Origin: a virus
DNA: 64,000 bases
Virus record (IMG/VR): IMGVR_UViG_3300009428_000006
Coordinates: 1 to 64,000 of that record
Strand: one strand, 5' to 3'
Shown here: piece by piece, positions 9,591 through 18,865 of the stretch
Position numbering within the stretch: position 1 is the stretch's first letter
Layout: every line of letters begins with the position of its first letter
The notes under the pieces: model-generated
Databases searched by the model: none
What the model saw: only the letters and a program-made list of their open reading frames with translations
What the model was told of the DNA's origin: nothing
Translations under genes and position numbers: made by a program

Positions 9591-11072
9591 ATGAGTGACA
9601 AATTAAGGGAGTATATTAAGAAACCTTTTATCCTAAATACTCACAAAGATGTAAGCATAACTGATATATTTGATATAGTAGAAATAGACTCTGATCTTCA
9701 GTTTGTATTCAAAGATCAAGATGAAAAGTCTTCCTTCTGGTATTCTAACTATGAAGTTAGGAAGCTATATGATTATAACAGTTTAAGTATGGAAGTTATA
9801 TTCAGCAGAGAAGGTCTTCCTTTACGGTGTCATCATGCTTATGCTGAAATCTGTGATAGTTTTAAGGATTATTTGTTACTCACTAGAAAGCTTGTATCAG
9901 ATAGGAAGTTGAAGAATACATTGCTTATGTTCTTTAAAAATATAAGCAGACTTAAGTATCACAACAAATATTCACTTAGGTATAGATCTTGTACTAAATA
10001 CTGGAAGTCAGTAAGTCGCGGACTTAGCAGGTCATACTTTATGGAGTTTATAGAGTTTCTTAAATCCAAAGAAGATGCTGTAAGCTTTACAGGGTTTAGT
10101 TTGTCAGGTGAGGCATCTGCAACTAGCTTACTCATTCTTAATCCCAACTTCATAGATTATTGTAATTGCGATAACCCTGTAAAGATTGAAGAAGAGTTTA
10201 GATCAGTGGAGGGAGATTCAGTAGTTATACATAAGGATCATAATTATGATATTATACTTAGCAAAGAGGAGAAGATGATGGCTGGTAAGCTAGAGAAGAT
10301 GATGGACGTGTACAATGAGAAGCTTAAAGAAGTCACTGTAAAGGCTAATGGCTTTGATGTACCTGAGACGTTCTTTCGAAGAGTATTCTCAGGTGATTTC
10401 TCAAGTGGAGGTAGATTCTATGAAACAAAATCCTCTATTCAGAAGTCTCCTGAGTCGATCAGAAAGACGGTTACGATAGATGGAGAGCCTACAGTAGAGA
10501 AAGACTACAAGTACTTACATGTAGCTATGGCATATGAAGAGAAAGGTATTCAGTTTGAGAAAGATCCTTATGATTTCGATTTAGATATTGAAATAGATGA
10601 GAAAGCCTTGTCTAGATGGTGCAAGACAAACGGGGTTAATAGGGGCGCATATGATCCTGTACGTAACTTTAAGAAGACCGTCTTGCTTGTATTGATGAAT
10701 GCTACAGGTGTGGAAAGTACAATCTCAGGTATTCGCTACAATGTAGCTAAAGATTTCTCTAAGAAGTTAGGCTCTAGTCGTAAGTTTGTAGGGATTGTAA
10801 ATGCACCTGTTAAAGAGACTGTTAAGAAAGCTATGGAGTACCACAAGGATATTTCCGAATACTTTTGTTCTGGTGTAGGTATCAGGTTTCAGAATCTAGA
10901 TTCTAAGATGGTGGAGTATTGTATTTCTCAATTCTTGAAAATGGATGAGGTATTGTTTCCTGTACACGATTCATTGATCATTAAATCATCTTGTTCTGAT
11001 AAAGCAGAGCAGGTAATGACAGATGCTTATGAGTTTGTAATGGGTAGTAAGTTAAATTGTAAGATTAAGTGA
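9591..11072 (+). CDS. minimal PolA/T7-RNAP superfamily polymerase (TV-Pol-like), no exonuclease domain
   Basis: GGRFY; motif A-like VEKDYKYLH; motif B-like RNFKKTVLLVLMN; Q-helix FQNLDS; motif C PVHDS. Confidence 0.7.
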   Translation: MSDKLREYIKKPFILNTHKDVSITDIFDIVEIDSDLQFVFKDQDEKSSFWYSNYEVRKLYDYNSLSMEVIFSREGLPLRCHHAYAEICDSFKDYLLLTRKLVSDRKLKNTLLMFFKNISRLKYHNKYSLRYRSCTKYWKSVSRGLSRSYFMEFIEFLKSKEDAVSFTGFSLSGEASATSLLILNPNFIDYCNCDNPVKIEEEFRSVEGDSVVIHKDHNYDIILSKEEKMMAGKLEKMMDVYNEKLKEVTVKANGFDVPETFFRRVFSGDFSSGGRFYETKSSIQKSPESIRKTVTIDGEPTVEKDYKYLHVAMAYEEKGIQFEKDPYDFDLDIEIDEKALSRWCKTNGVNRGAYDPVRNFKKTVLLVLMNATGVESTISGIRYNVAKDFSKKLGSSRKFVGIVNAPVKETVKKAMEYHKDISEYFCSGVGIRFQNLDSKMVEYCISQFLKMDEVLFPVHDSLIIKSSCSDKAEQVMTDAYEFVMGSKLNCKIK

Positions 11073-11079
11073 GGAATAT

Positions 11080-11727
11080 ATGAGAATAGAAGATGAAATA
11101 ATAGAGCACTGTCTTTATTACCTAGAAGAGAAGGATACTAAAAAGGCGAAGTCAGAGGATTGTTTAGATGTGTTAGCGGACTACCTTGAAGATTCTGATA
11201 TAGATTTGAAATACATCTATCATGAATTACTTGTAATCCACCTCTTAGAGAATTATAAAACTAATAGATTAAGTCTTATGGAATCTATTTTTAAAAAGGT
11301 AAGTCCTAAACTTTATCACGTTTACAAACTTATGAAAAATGGTAAGGAGGTCTATATAGGCCAATCTATAAATGTGTCAGCAAGGCTTAAAAAGCACCTT
11401 GACAAAGATTTCGATGAAATACTTATCTGCCAGTGCAGGAATAAGGATGAGATGGATAATTTGGAGAACTACTTGATTCTAAAAATACTGCCTAAGTTAA
11501 ATAACAAGGTGTTTTTAGACAAGGCAAGGTGTTTTGAAGAAAATCCTTTTTCTTTTGAATTTAAAAAATTAGAAGATCTTGATTATGATTTCATACCTTG
11601 TATGTGGAACGTTTCTAAATCTGTAGATAGTGAGAAATACTTATACAGGTATCCGTATTTTGTAAAGAACAAATATAACATAACACCTGCTTGGAAACTT
11701 AGATGTAAAGATAAGGAAGAAAACTAG
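11080..11727 (+). CDS. GIY-YIG domain protein
   Basis: HVYKL...VYIGQS..RLKKH...E...N. Confidence 0.7.
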   Translation: MRIEDEIIEHCLYYLEEKDTKKAKSEDCLDVLADYLEDSDIDLKYIYHELLVIHLLENYKTNRLSLMESIFKKVSPKLYHVYKLMKNGKEVYIGQSINVSARLKKHLDKDFDEILICQCRNKDEMDNLENYLILKILPKLNNKVFLDKARCFEENPFSFEFKKLEDLDYDFIPCMWNVSKSVDSEKYLYRYPYFVKNKYNITPAWKLRCKDKEEN

Positions 11728-11756
11728 TTGACACCAAAAGAAACCTTTAGTAGAAT
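11728..11756 (+). promoter_or_regulatory. sigma70-type promoter
   Basis: TTGACA-17 nt-TAGAAT. Confidence 0.75.
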
Positions 11757-11813
11757 TATATCTATTAAAGGTTTTCTCGTTTCTGAGATACCAAATTGTA
11801 AGGAGAGAGTGTT

Positions 11814-12392
11814 ATGTTTAAAAATATGATATCTGCGGCAGCAAATGTTTTTGAGGTTTTTGATAAAGAAGGTAATTATTTACAGGATGTGACTTTAGTT
11901 GATTGTTGTCACATGGGACGCAATATGCAAGAAGTTTATCATTTCCTTCGTGAAGGGTTCGGATGTACCCTCAAGGCTAAGAAAGAGCTTGGTGATAATG
12001 GTCAGGGTTTTATTGACGAGTCAGGTCATTTCTATAATCGTTCTAATGCTTTTAAGATTGCTACTTCTAGTGGACAACCTTTCAACCCAGAGTATATTCT
12101 TCCTACTAAAAGACTTGATAGTAGTTGTATTAGACATTTCCCAGAAGAAGCTAATCTCTACGATTACGGTAAAGAAAACACTTTTAAATATAGTCTCAAT
12201 CAGAAAGTAAGAGTTCAAGTGTTTAATGCTTTTAAAACAGGCGTTATCGTTAAGAGAAGTTCTTACGAAACCAATCTAGGTATTAATTTTAAATACACTG
12301 TAGAGTATGGTGAAGGTCACGGAAATTGCATAGATGTTTGGGAAAAAGATTTGCACCTTATACAAAAATTACATTTTGTAGGTAAAATATGA
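11814..12392 (+). CDS. hypothetical protein
   Basis: ORF with RBS; QGFIDESGHFYNR motif common in phage hypotheticals. Confidence 0.7.
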   Translation: MFKNMISAAANVFEVFDKEGNYLQDVTLVDCCHMGRNMQEVYHFLREGFGCTLKAKKELGDNGQGFIDESGHFYNRSNAFKIATSSGQPFNPEYILPTKRLDSSCIRHFPEEANLYDYGKENTFKYSLNQKVRVQVFNAFKTGVIVKRSSYETNLGINFKYTVEYGEGHGNCIDVWEKDLHLIQKLHFVGKI

Positions 12393-12865
12393 GCTTATCA
12401 TTCAGAGAGGGACTGCACTTTCACAGTTGGGACATTGTGCAAGAAAGAGAATACCTAGATTACAAACATGAGGAAATGGGCTTAACATTAAAAGACAGAA
12501 TACGGGTTTGTAAAAAGTGTGGTAAGACAGAAAAGCTAGACACTCACTGTTTAGGCTTAAATCCGCCAGAGTATGTAGAAAGCTGGCATGAAATAAAGAA
12601 AGACTCTTGGAGGAAAGAGGATATGAGTAAACACAGTAATAAGCTCAATATAACCGAGTCAAAACTGTTTAAAGATGTAAGTAGTGTGATTGGTAAGGTG
12701 GCTGCATTAGAAGAGCTTACAAGGGCTTACAGGGGGTATACTCCTGCATCAAACTCTCCCCCGTTTAATTGGCAGGAAGGACTTATAGACGCATTTTGGT
12801 GGTTCGGAACACCACAAGGTGGCGATTATTGGTATGATATCTGGGAGAAGGGTGCTGACACTTAA
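12389..12865 (+). CDS. hypothetical protein (CxxC motif; possible internal start at MSKH)
   Basis: ATGA overlap with the upstream ORF. Confidence 0.6.
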   Translation: MSLSFREGLHFHSWDIVQEREYLDYKHEEMGLTLKDRIRVCKKCGKTEKLDTHCLGLNPPEYVESWHEIKKDSWRKEDMSKHSNKLNITESKLFKDVSSVIGKVAALEELTRAYRGYTPASNSPPFNWQEGLIDAFWWFGTPQGGDYWYDIWEKGADT

Positions 12866-12986
12866 GTAAAAATAATAGGGTCATCTAATCTAAAACCTTG
12901 CAGCTTACATACCAATTTTCAACTGGGATCTTGATTAAAATAGTCAAGATCTTTAAAATAGCTAAACTTTTGTTTTATATACATAT

Positions 12987-13009
12987 TCCTTAAACCGCAC
13001 CTATATGAT
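12987..13009 (+). promoter_or_regulatory. candidate phage RNAP promoter (TCCTTAAACCGCACCTATATGAT) facing the ncRNA, packaging and structural genes
   Basis: 22/23 identical to the reverse complement of 6050-6072. Confidence 0.65.
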
Positions 13010-13265
13010 AGGATGATTACTATTTAAACTATCAAACCTAAGTATTTAATCAATTAATTGAATCGAATATGAGAGACTATTCGCATTTCACGTAGACTCT
13101 TTAGGTTATATATTAATACTTCCCAATGGACGATCTGATGCTATTTCATGGATAGCTCATAACAAGAACACACAGATGTTTCATTGGTGAGTAGGTGATA
13201 CTTCAAGTTAATATGGAGATTCACTTTTAGGTGCTTGTTGCTTTATGCCGAGTTACCGAATCTTT

Positions 13266-13312
13266 CAACACCAACCTCTAATAATAATAACAAGGGTTGG
13301 TGTTGCTTTTTT
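13266..13312 (+). terminator. intrinsic terminator-like hairpin
   Basis: CAACACCAACC...GGTTGGTGTTG followed by a T tract. Confidence 0.6.
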
Positions 13313-13329
13313 AAGGCCCTTAAAGACAT

Positions 13330-13745
13330 TTGCTATAAGTAAGTTTTAATAGTTTATTTATAGCGAGCGTTTCGAGTTGGGTGCGCCAGAGGAGCCATTG
13401 TAGGCCAAGCCCTTTACAGAGGGAGGACTTTACAGTAATGCATAGTAAACCGATGACAGCAGGAAAGACTGCAACTATTTAACAAAAAAGGTACTTAGTA
13501 CCAGATACGACTTACGGCTTCTCACGAGTGATTTATTCACCTGAGATTTGCGATTGTTAAATAATTACCATAATGAGGCAGCCCATGCGTAAAAGTACCT
13601 CAGCAAACCTGTAACAAGGTCGAGCCCATGTGCGGTAATGTGTAATTAGGGATATTTCGTAGCAACGTACCAACTGAGAGAGTGCTACCCAGCAGCTTAT
13701 GCTGTATCAGAGCAAGTCTGATCGAAAGTGGTGGTTGGATTTTTT
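13330..13745 (+). ncRNA. candidate large structured ncRNA (unclassified)
   Basis: ORF-free, locally more G+C, many short hairpins (GTGA/TCAC, GAGG/CCTC, ACCT/AGGT, CAGC/GCTG, ATCAGA/TCTGAT). Confidence 0.45.
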
Positions 13746-13759
13746 ATTATTAACTTAAT

Positions 13760-13842
13760 AAGTGACTAGGGTAGCTCCCGAAAGGACACAATCACAGCTC
13801 TATGTCTTGTCACTTTATCATCTAGAGCTGGACACTGTGAGG
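13760..13842 (+). promoter_or_regulatory. structured leader (three-way junction plus pseudoknot) covering the RBS of the HNH gene
   Basis: AAGTGAC/GTCACTT outer stem, GGG-TAGCT-CCC hairpin, loop TCACAGCTCTA complementary to TAGAGCTG and CTGTGA(GG). Confidence 0.55.
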
Positions 13843-13847
13843 TTAAT

Positions 13848-14384
13848 ATGAGTTTTGATTTAAATTGGCTTTTAACGAGGAAGGTCAGAAGTTGTCCTGT
13901 TGAAAGGCTTTTGAGTAAGGTTGAATATGACAAGAACGGGTGCTGGAATTTTACTGGTAAAAAAGATTCTTGTGGATATGGTGTGTTTAAAATTGGTGGT
14001 AGAAGTTTAGGAGCTCATAAAGTTTCATATATACTGCACAAGGGAGATTTTGATCAGACTAAGTTTGAAATGATGCACGAGTGTCATAACAGAGCTTGCA
14101 TAAATCCTTGTCATATAAAGGTTGGTACTCACAGAGAGAACATGAACTATCCTGAGACTAAAGGGAGGATGGTAGGAAGTAAGTACCGTTTGGGTGATAA
14201 TTGCTATACCTTCAACCTCATTGCTAAAAAAGAGGGTGAAACAATGCTCTTCGGATCTAGTTTTCAAGCTCAAAAGCTAGGTCTATCTAGTGGCAGAATA
14301 TCACAATCCTGCAATAATATTAAAGGAAGACTCAGGTATAGAGGTTTTAGATGGGAGTATAAAGGTACTTTATTGATCACATGA
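13848..14384 (+). CDS. HNH homing endonuclease
   Basis: CWNFTG..GYG...AHKVSY...HECHNRACINPCH...N; C-terminal HTH-like segment. Confidence 0.88.
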   Translation: MSFDLNWLLTRKVRSCPVERLLSKVEYDKNGCWNFTGKKDSCGYGVFKIGGRSLGAHKVSYILHKGDFDQTKFEMMHECHNRACINPCHIKVGTHRENMNYPETKGRMVGSKYRLGDNCYTFNLIAKKEGETMLFGSSFQAQKLGLSSGRISQSCNNIKGRLRYRGFRWEYKGTLLIT

Positions 14385-15020
14385 CACTCTTAGAGGACAT
14401 CTCCCTCCACAGGGATATGTGGCGTAGTCAGGATCACGACACCTGATGGACTTAGCTTGAGTCGTGAGACTGCTGCTGAGTTATTTTTAATTAGAATTTA
14501 ATAAGGAGAATATTATGCATGTGATTAAAGAGGGAAGTTTGACTATCTCTACGGAAGACTTTATTGACAATGGATTTATAGGGGTTTAATATGAAAGTTA
14601 AAGGTATGGATAAACTCTTAGAAGAAGGTTTTGAATGTATTCTTGAAATTGAGAGGCTACTCTGTCTTGTAGATTTTAAACTTAAAAATGGAGAGTTTAC
14701 AGGTCCATAAATATAATAGTGGAATTAAATGATGATTATGGACCATTGGTTGGAGATGATCAGAGATTGGATTATCTAGGATAGAGTTTATTGGTGTGTG
14801 ATAACCATCGGCGTAGGATGACCCACAAGCCCGTGAATATCGATAAGAGTTGTTTTTATTATCACACAACCAATAAATTTTAAGCAGTCCTGTCCTCTTA
14901 CGCTTGATTACAAGTATTGATAACAGCCAACTGCTGACAAATATGCCTTTCAAGCCTATCATATGAAGCTCAAATCGTAAAGGCTTTTTTTATAACAACC
15001 ATAACCTACAAGGAGGAACT

Positions 15021-15590
15021 ATGGCTAAAGCTACTAAAGCTAAAAGCGGTGCTGGCTTTGCAGGTATGGACCCTGAACAAGCAGATGCTATTAGGAAGAA
15101 AGGTGTTGCAGCTAGAAAGCGTAACAATGAAATACGTAATCAAAGAATAGCTGAAGCAGATAAGCTACGTGATGAAGCACAGAGACTTCAAGAAGAGGCT
15201 GAACGTTTAAGGCAAGAGGCTGATGATATAGATGGTGAATACACATCTGATCGTTCTAAGAAGAAAAAAGAGGCTGCACTAGTGGCCGAAATAGATGAAC
15301 GATTCCGTGACTCTGTAAGTGCTCAATATCTCAAGATGATTAAGCAACATGCTATTCTAAGAGGGCTTACAGCAGATGAAATAGTTACACCTTCTATGCT
15401 TGCTATGGATATATTAGCAGATCCTAATACCAAATTGAAAGAGAAGCAGGATGCTCGTAGGGAGCTAATGCAGTTTGAGAACTCTAAGCCTGTTGCTAAG
15501 ACAGATGAAACATCTGATGTGGTTGGTAGTGCGGAGGAGGAGATTGCTAAGTTAATGGTGAAGGCAGAAGAATCTTCTCCTAAAAGATAA
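15021..15590 (+). CDS. probable terminase small subunit
   Basis: Helical, charged protein upstream of terL; KGVAARK motif. Confidence 0.55.
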   Translation: MAKATKAKSGAGFAGMDPEQADAIRKKGVAARKRNNEIRNQRIAEADKLRDEAQRLQEEAERLRQEADDIDGEYTSDRSKKKKEAALVAEIDERFRDSVSAQYLKMIKQHAILRGLTADEIVTPSMLAMDILADPNTKLKEKQDARRELMQFENSKPVAKTDETSDVVGSAEEEIAKLMVKAEESSPKR

Positions 15591-15603
15591 TCAAGGAGGT
15601 CTT

Positions 15604-16275
15604 ATGAAATCAAGAGACAAACCTTGCCCTGTTGGAGAAGTTTTCGGAAAGTTAACAATACTTAAAGAGATCGAGCCTCAATACAGAGGCAAGGTCAGAT
15701 ACAGAAGAGTGAGAAGGGTTTTAGTGTCTTGCTCTTGCGGTAGCGGAGAGAAAGAAGCGGATCTAAAAGATGTCAGATTAGGTAAGGCCACCTCCTGTGG
15801 ATGTGCAAGGTGGGATAAGATAATCAAACACAGTGAATCTCGAACGCCTCTGTAAAAGCAATATACAAACATGAAACAAAGATCTAGGAAAAGAAAAGAG
15901 ATAGGAGATGATTGTAACGTGTTTCCAGAGTGGCTAGAGGGAGATGGTAAAGGTTATCTTTCCTTCAAGAAATGGTCGCTAGAGAATGGATATGAAGAAG
16001 GTGTCACCTCTCTTTGCAGAAACGGAGACAAAGGGAATTACGAACCCGATAATTGCAGATGGGCAACTGCCCAAGAAAATACAGAAGAAGCTATTGCGAA
16101 AAGGTTTCTAGTAAAAAGGGTGGAAGATGGTGACTGGAAAGAGATTTACAATTTAGCAAAGTTCTCCAGAGAAAATAATCTGTTAGCAGGATCAATGCAC
16201 AATGTTAAGATAGGAATAGCGACTCAACATAGAGGCTGGATGTGTAGACCATTAGAGGAGAGGGAAGATGTCTAA
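15604..16275 (+). pseudogene. HNH-type homing endonuclease with an in-frame TAA at 15853-15855
   Basis: Track ORFs 15604 and 15871 are in frame: FGKLT...CSCG...SCGC...HSESRTPL*KQYTNMKQR...GNYEPDNCRWAT. Confidence 0.8.
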
Positions 16276-17632
16276 TAATGCACTCTCCTCTGGATCATTT
16301 AAACACCCTTATAGTTTAAAGACGGCAAGATGGATAAGAGAAAAACTTATCATGGAGCAATCTGAAAGTAAAAGGTCAGCATTCTTGAAAGATCTTGAGT
16401 CGATGTTTGGAAACAGGTATGCAGAAGTTCTAAGATACATCTCAAATGATATAAGAATTTTTCTCAGAGACGATCAACTGACACCTCCTTACGAAGATAA
16501 GTCTTGGGTAGGGGCTATATGGTGTACAGGTCGCGGTTTCGGAAAGAGTTATTGTGGAGCGGCTGCCGTTATAGAATTTGCTATACAGACACCAAATGCA
16601 CGTATAGGCCTCTTAGGCCCAACGTTTGCCATGTCCAAGCAAAACATGATTCAAGGCTCATCAGGTATATTAGGACTTTCCCCTATAGGATTTAAACCCA
16701 AGTACAATAAAAGTGATGGTACTTTAACTTGGCCCAATGGTGCCACAGCTAAAGTCTTCTCAGCAGAGAATGGTGACCGTGTTCGTGGGGAAAACTTTCA
16801 TCTTGTTTGGTCAGATGAGTGGGCGTTCTTCAAGAGATCAGCAGGAGATGATGATATATGGGACAATGCTAAGAAGGCACTACGTGCTGGCAGGTATCCT
16901 CGATATGTAATAACCACCTCCCCTCGCCCTATAAAGGGTTTGAAAGATCTCTACAAAGACTCCAAAAAAGAAAATTCCAACATAAGATTTACCACAGGAA
17001 CCACCTTTGATAATTATTCATTGCCACAGTCTTTCATAGATGAGGTTAAGCTTGGAGAAGGCACAAGCCTTTATAACCAAGAAATACTTGGAATGATCCT
17101 AGAAGAAAATCTTGGTGCCATTTTCTCATATGAATCCATCGAAAGGATTAATCTTGATGATGTAGGACTTGATCCTGATAAATATGATGAACGCTATCTA
17201 AAACTAGTAAAGTCTATGGACTCTATAGTTGTAGCTGTCGATCCTAACGTGGTTGAAGATATTAACTCAGATGAGACAGGTATCACAGTTGTAGGTAGGA
17301 AGAATGACAAAGGTTATGTATTCAAAGATGCCTCTCGAAGAGGTAAGATATCTGAGATATATAGAGACATCGTAAGACTATATTATGAATACAATGCAGA
17401 TGCTGTAATTATAGAAACCAACAATGGTGGTGACTTTATACCAGCAGATATTTTCAACATCGACCCAATGGTAGTTGTTAAGAAAGTATTTGCATCCAAA
17501 GGTAAACGTGCTCGTGCAGAACCGATTGGTTTACTATACGAGAGAGGTAAGATATACCATGTAGGTATTCATCGAGACCTTGAAGCACAGATGTGTGAGT
17601 ACAATCCACAGGTGCATAAGAAATCGCCAGAT
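16268..17632 (+). CDS. terL: terminase large subunit, exon 1
   Basis: GRGFGKS Walker A, RGENFHLVWSDE Walker B, TTSP coupling motif, VAVDP nuclease Asp; ends KKSPD. Confidence 0.93.
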
Positions 17633-18865
17633 TATGTTATCGGTCTGGTATCATTAGAAATAGTGATAATTGTAATCTCTCTAATGCAGGAACATCCTTA
17701 GAGCTTTAAAGTACTGTTCACAGATAGTAATATACTGTGTTCACCATTTTGTAACGGAAGTGGGTATAGTGAAAACCTTTAAAGATTGGATAACCAATGC
17801 AGCAAAGTCTCTCAAGAAGAGATGGGCTCAACGACTAACACCTTTAAGGTGTGTAGGTTCCAAGTGGAATCGAAACGGGAGACTCTTAACACGTAATGGT
17901 GAAGATGAAGATATAGTCTGACCTTTATGGAAACATAAAGATGTAATAGGAGCATAAATTATGGACAAAGAAAGAGCAATGGAATTGTACCAAAAGGGTA
18001 GTAAATCTTATAGAAGGATTTATCAACTATGGACAGGAGCTTCTGATGATGAAATATCAGGAATGCATATACATCATAAAGATCATGACCACAGTAATAA
18101 TCATCCAGAGAACTTAGAGTTACTTACTCCTGATGAACATGCTAAGAAGCATGGTTTTATTAACAACTTTGTAATGGCGCAATCTAGAGCGGTAGAAAGA
18201 GCTGCACACCCAGAAGTCAGAAAGCGGGTAGCTGAGAAGATCAGGGGCGAAAATAATGGCAGTTACGGAATATCATTTAGAGATCGTTTTTCTACTGAAG
18301 AGGAATATGAAGCTTTCTGTGTAAAATACAGAAGAGGTAAGAACAATTCTCAATATGGAAATGTAGGAAGGATCTCAGGTGACAAGAGTCCTATGAGGAA
18401 ACTGACACCAGAGCAAAAATAAGCTTGGAGATTAAAGATATCAAAACCTGTCACAGAAGAAGCTTTGATCAATTTAAGGGAAGCAGCCAGAAAGCCTGAG
18501 AGAAGAAAAAAGATATCTGAGAAAATGAAGGGTAATACGTCTAACCAAGTGTTTCAAGATAAGATCAGAAACATGGATGAGGTAGAGCTTGAAAACTATC
18601 TTAAAGATAAGAAACCTTCTTTCATAACTTATGTCAACAATCTTATAAATCCTCCAGAGAAGAAAAAGCCATACGTAAAGCCTCCTCCTAAAACAAAGGA
18701 ACAATCAGAACGAGATCTTATACTTAGATTGAAAGCACTTTCTGATGAAGAGTTCCAAAACAAGATAGACGGAAAAGGTAAGAAATACGTAAACAAGTTA
18801 ATAAAATTAAGAAACACACCTATTACAACTGAGGGATAAACTAAACTCAGTAACAAAGAAAAAAG
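17633..18865 (+). mobile_element. group I intron in terL with an embedded HNH ORF
   Basis: Exon CCAGAU pairs with IGS GUCUGG (U.G at the 5' splice site); P10 AUCG/CGAU; core motifs AATGCAGC, TCAACGACTA and GAAGATATAGTCT; terminal G at 18865; splicing restores SPD-RLDSLVWG. Confidence 0.92.
17961..18839 (+). pseudogene. intron-encoded HNH endonuclease with an in-frame TAA at 18420-18422
   Basis: HIHHKDHDHSNNHPENL...H; NUMOD-like GENN/RKKISEKMKG segments; the two track ORFs are in frame. Confidence 0.82.

Noticed and set aside
6050-13009. Invertible segment or transposon bounded by the 23-bp inverted repeats
   Set aside because: No recombinase or transposase in the window; the position and orientation of the repeats fit promoters better
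14657-14962. 101-aa minus-strand ORF
   Set aside because: Against the local transcription direction, no RBS, overlaps predicted RNA stems
12866-15020. tRNA genes, CRISPR array, group II intron or IscB/HEARO element in the non-coding region
   Set aside because: No cloverleaf with a T-loop GTTC and CCA, no regular repeat-spacer units, only a weak resemblance to domain V, and the HNH lacks RuvC/PLMP motifs
17633-17701. terL C-terminus YVIGLVSLEIVIIVISLMQEHP from the ORF track
   Set aside because: This is read-through into intron sequence; the real C-terminus is exon 2
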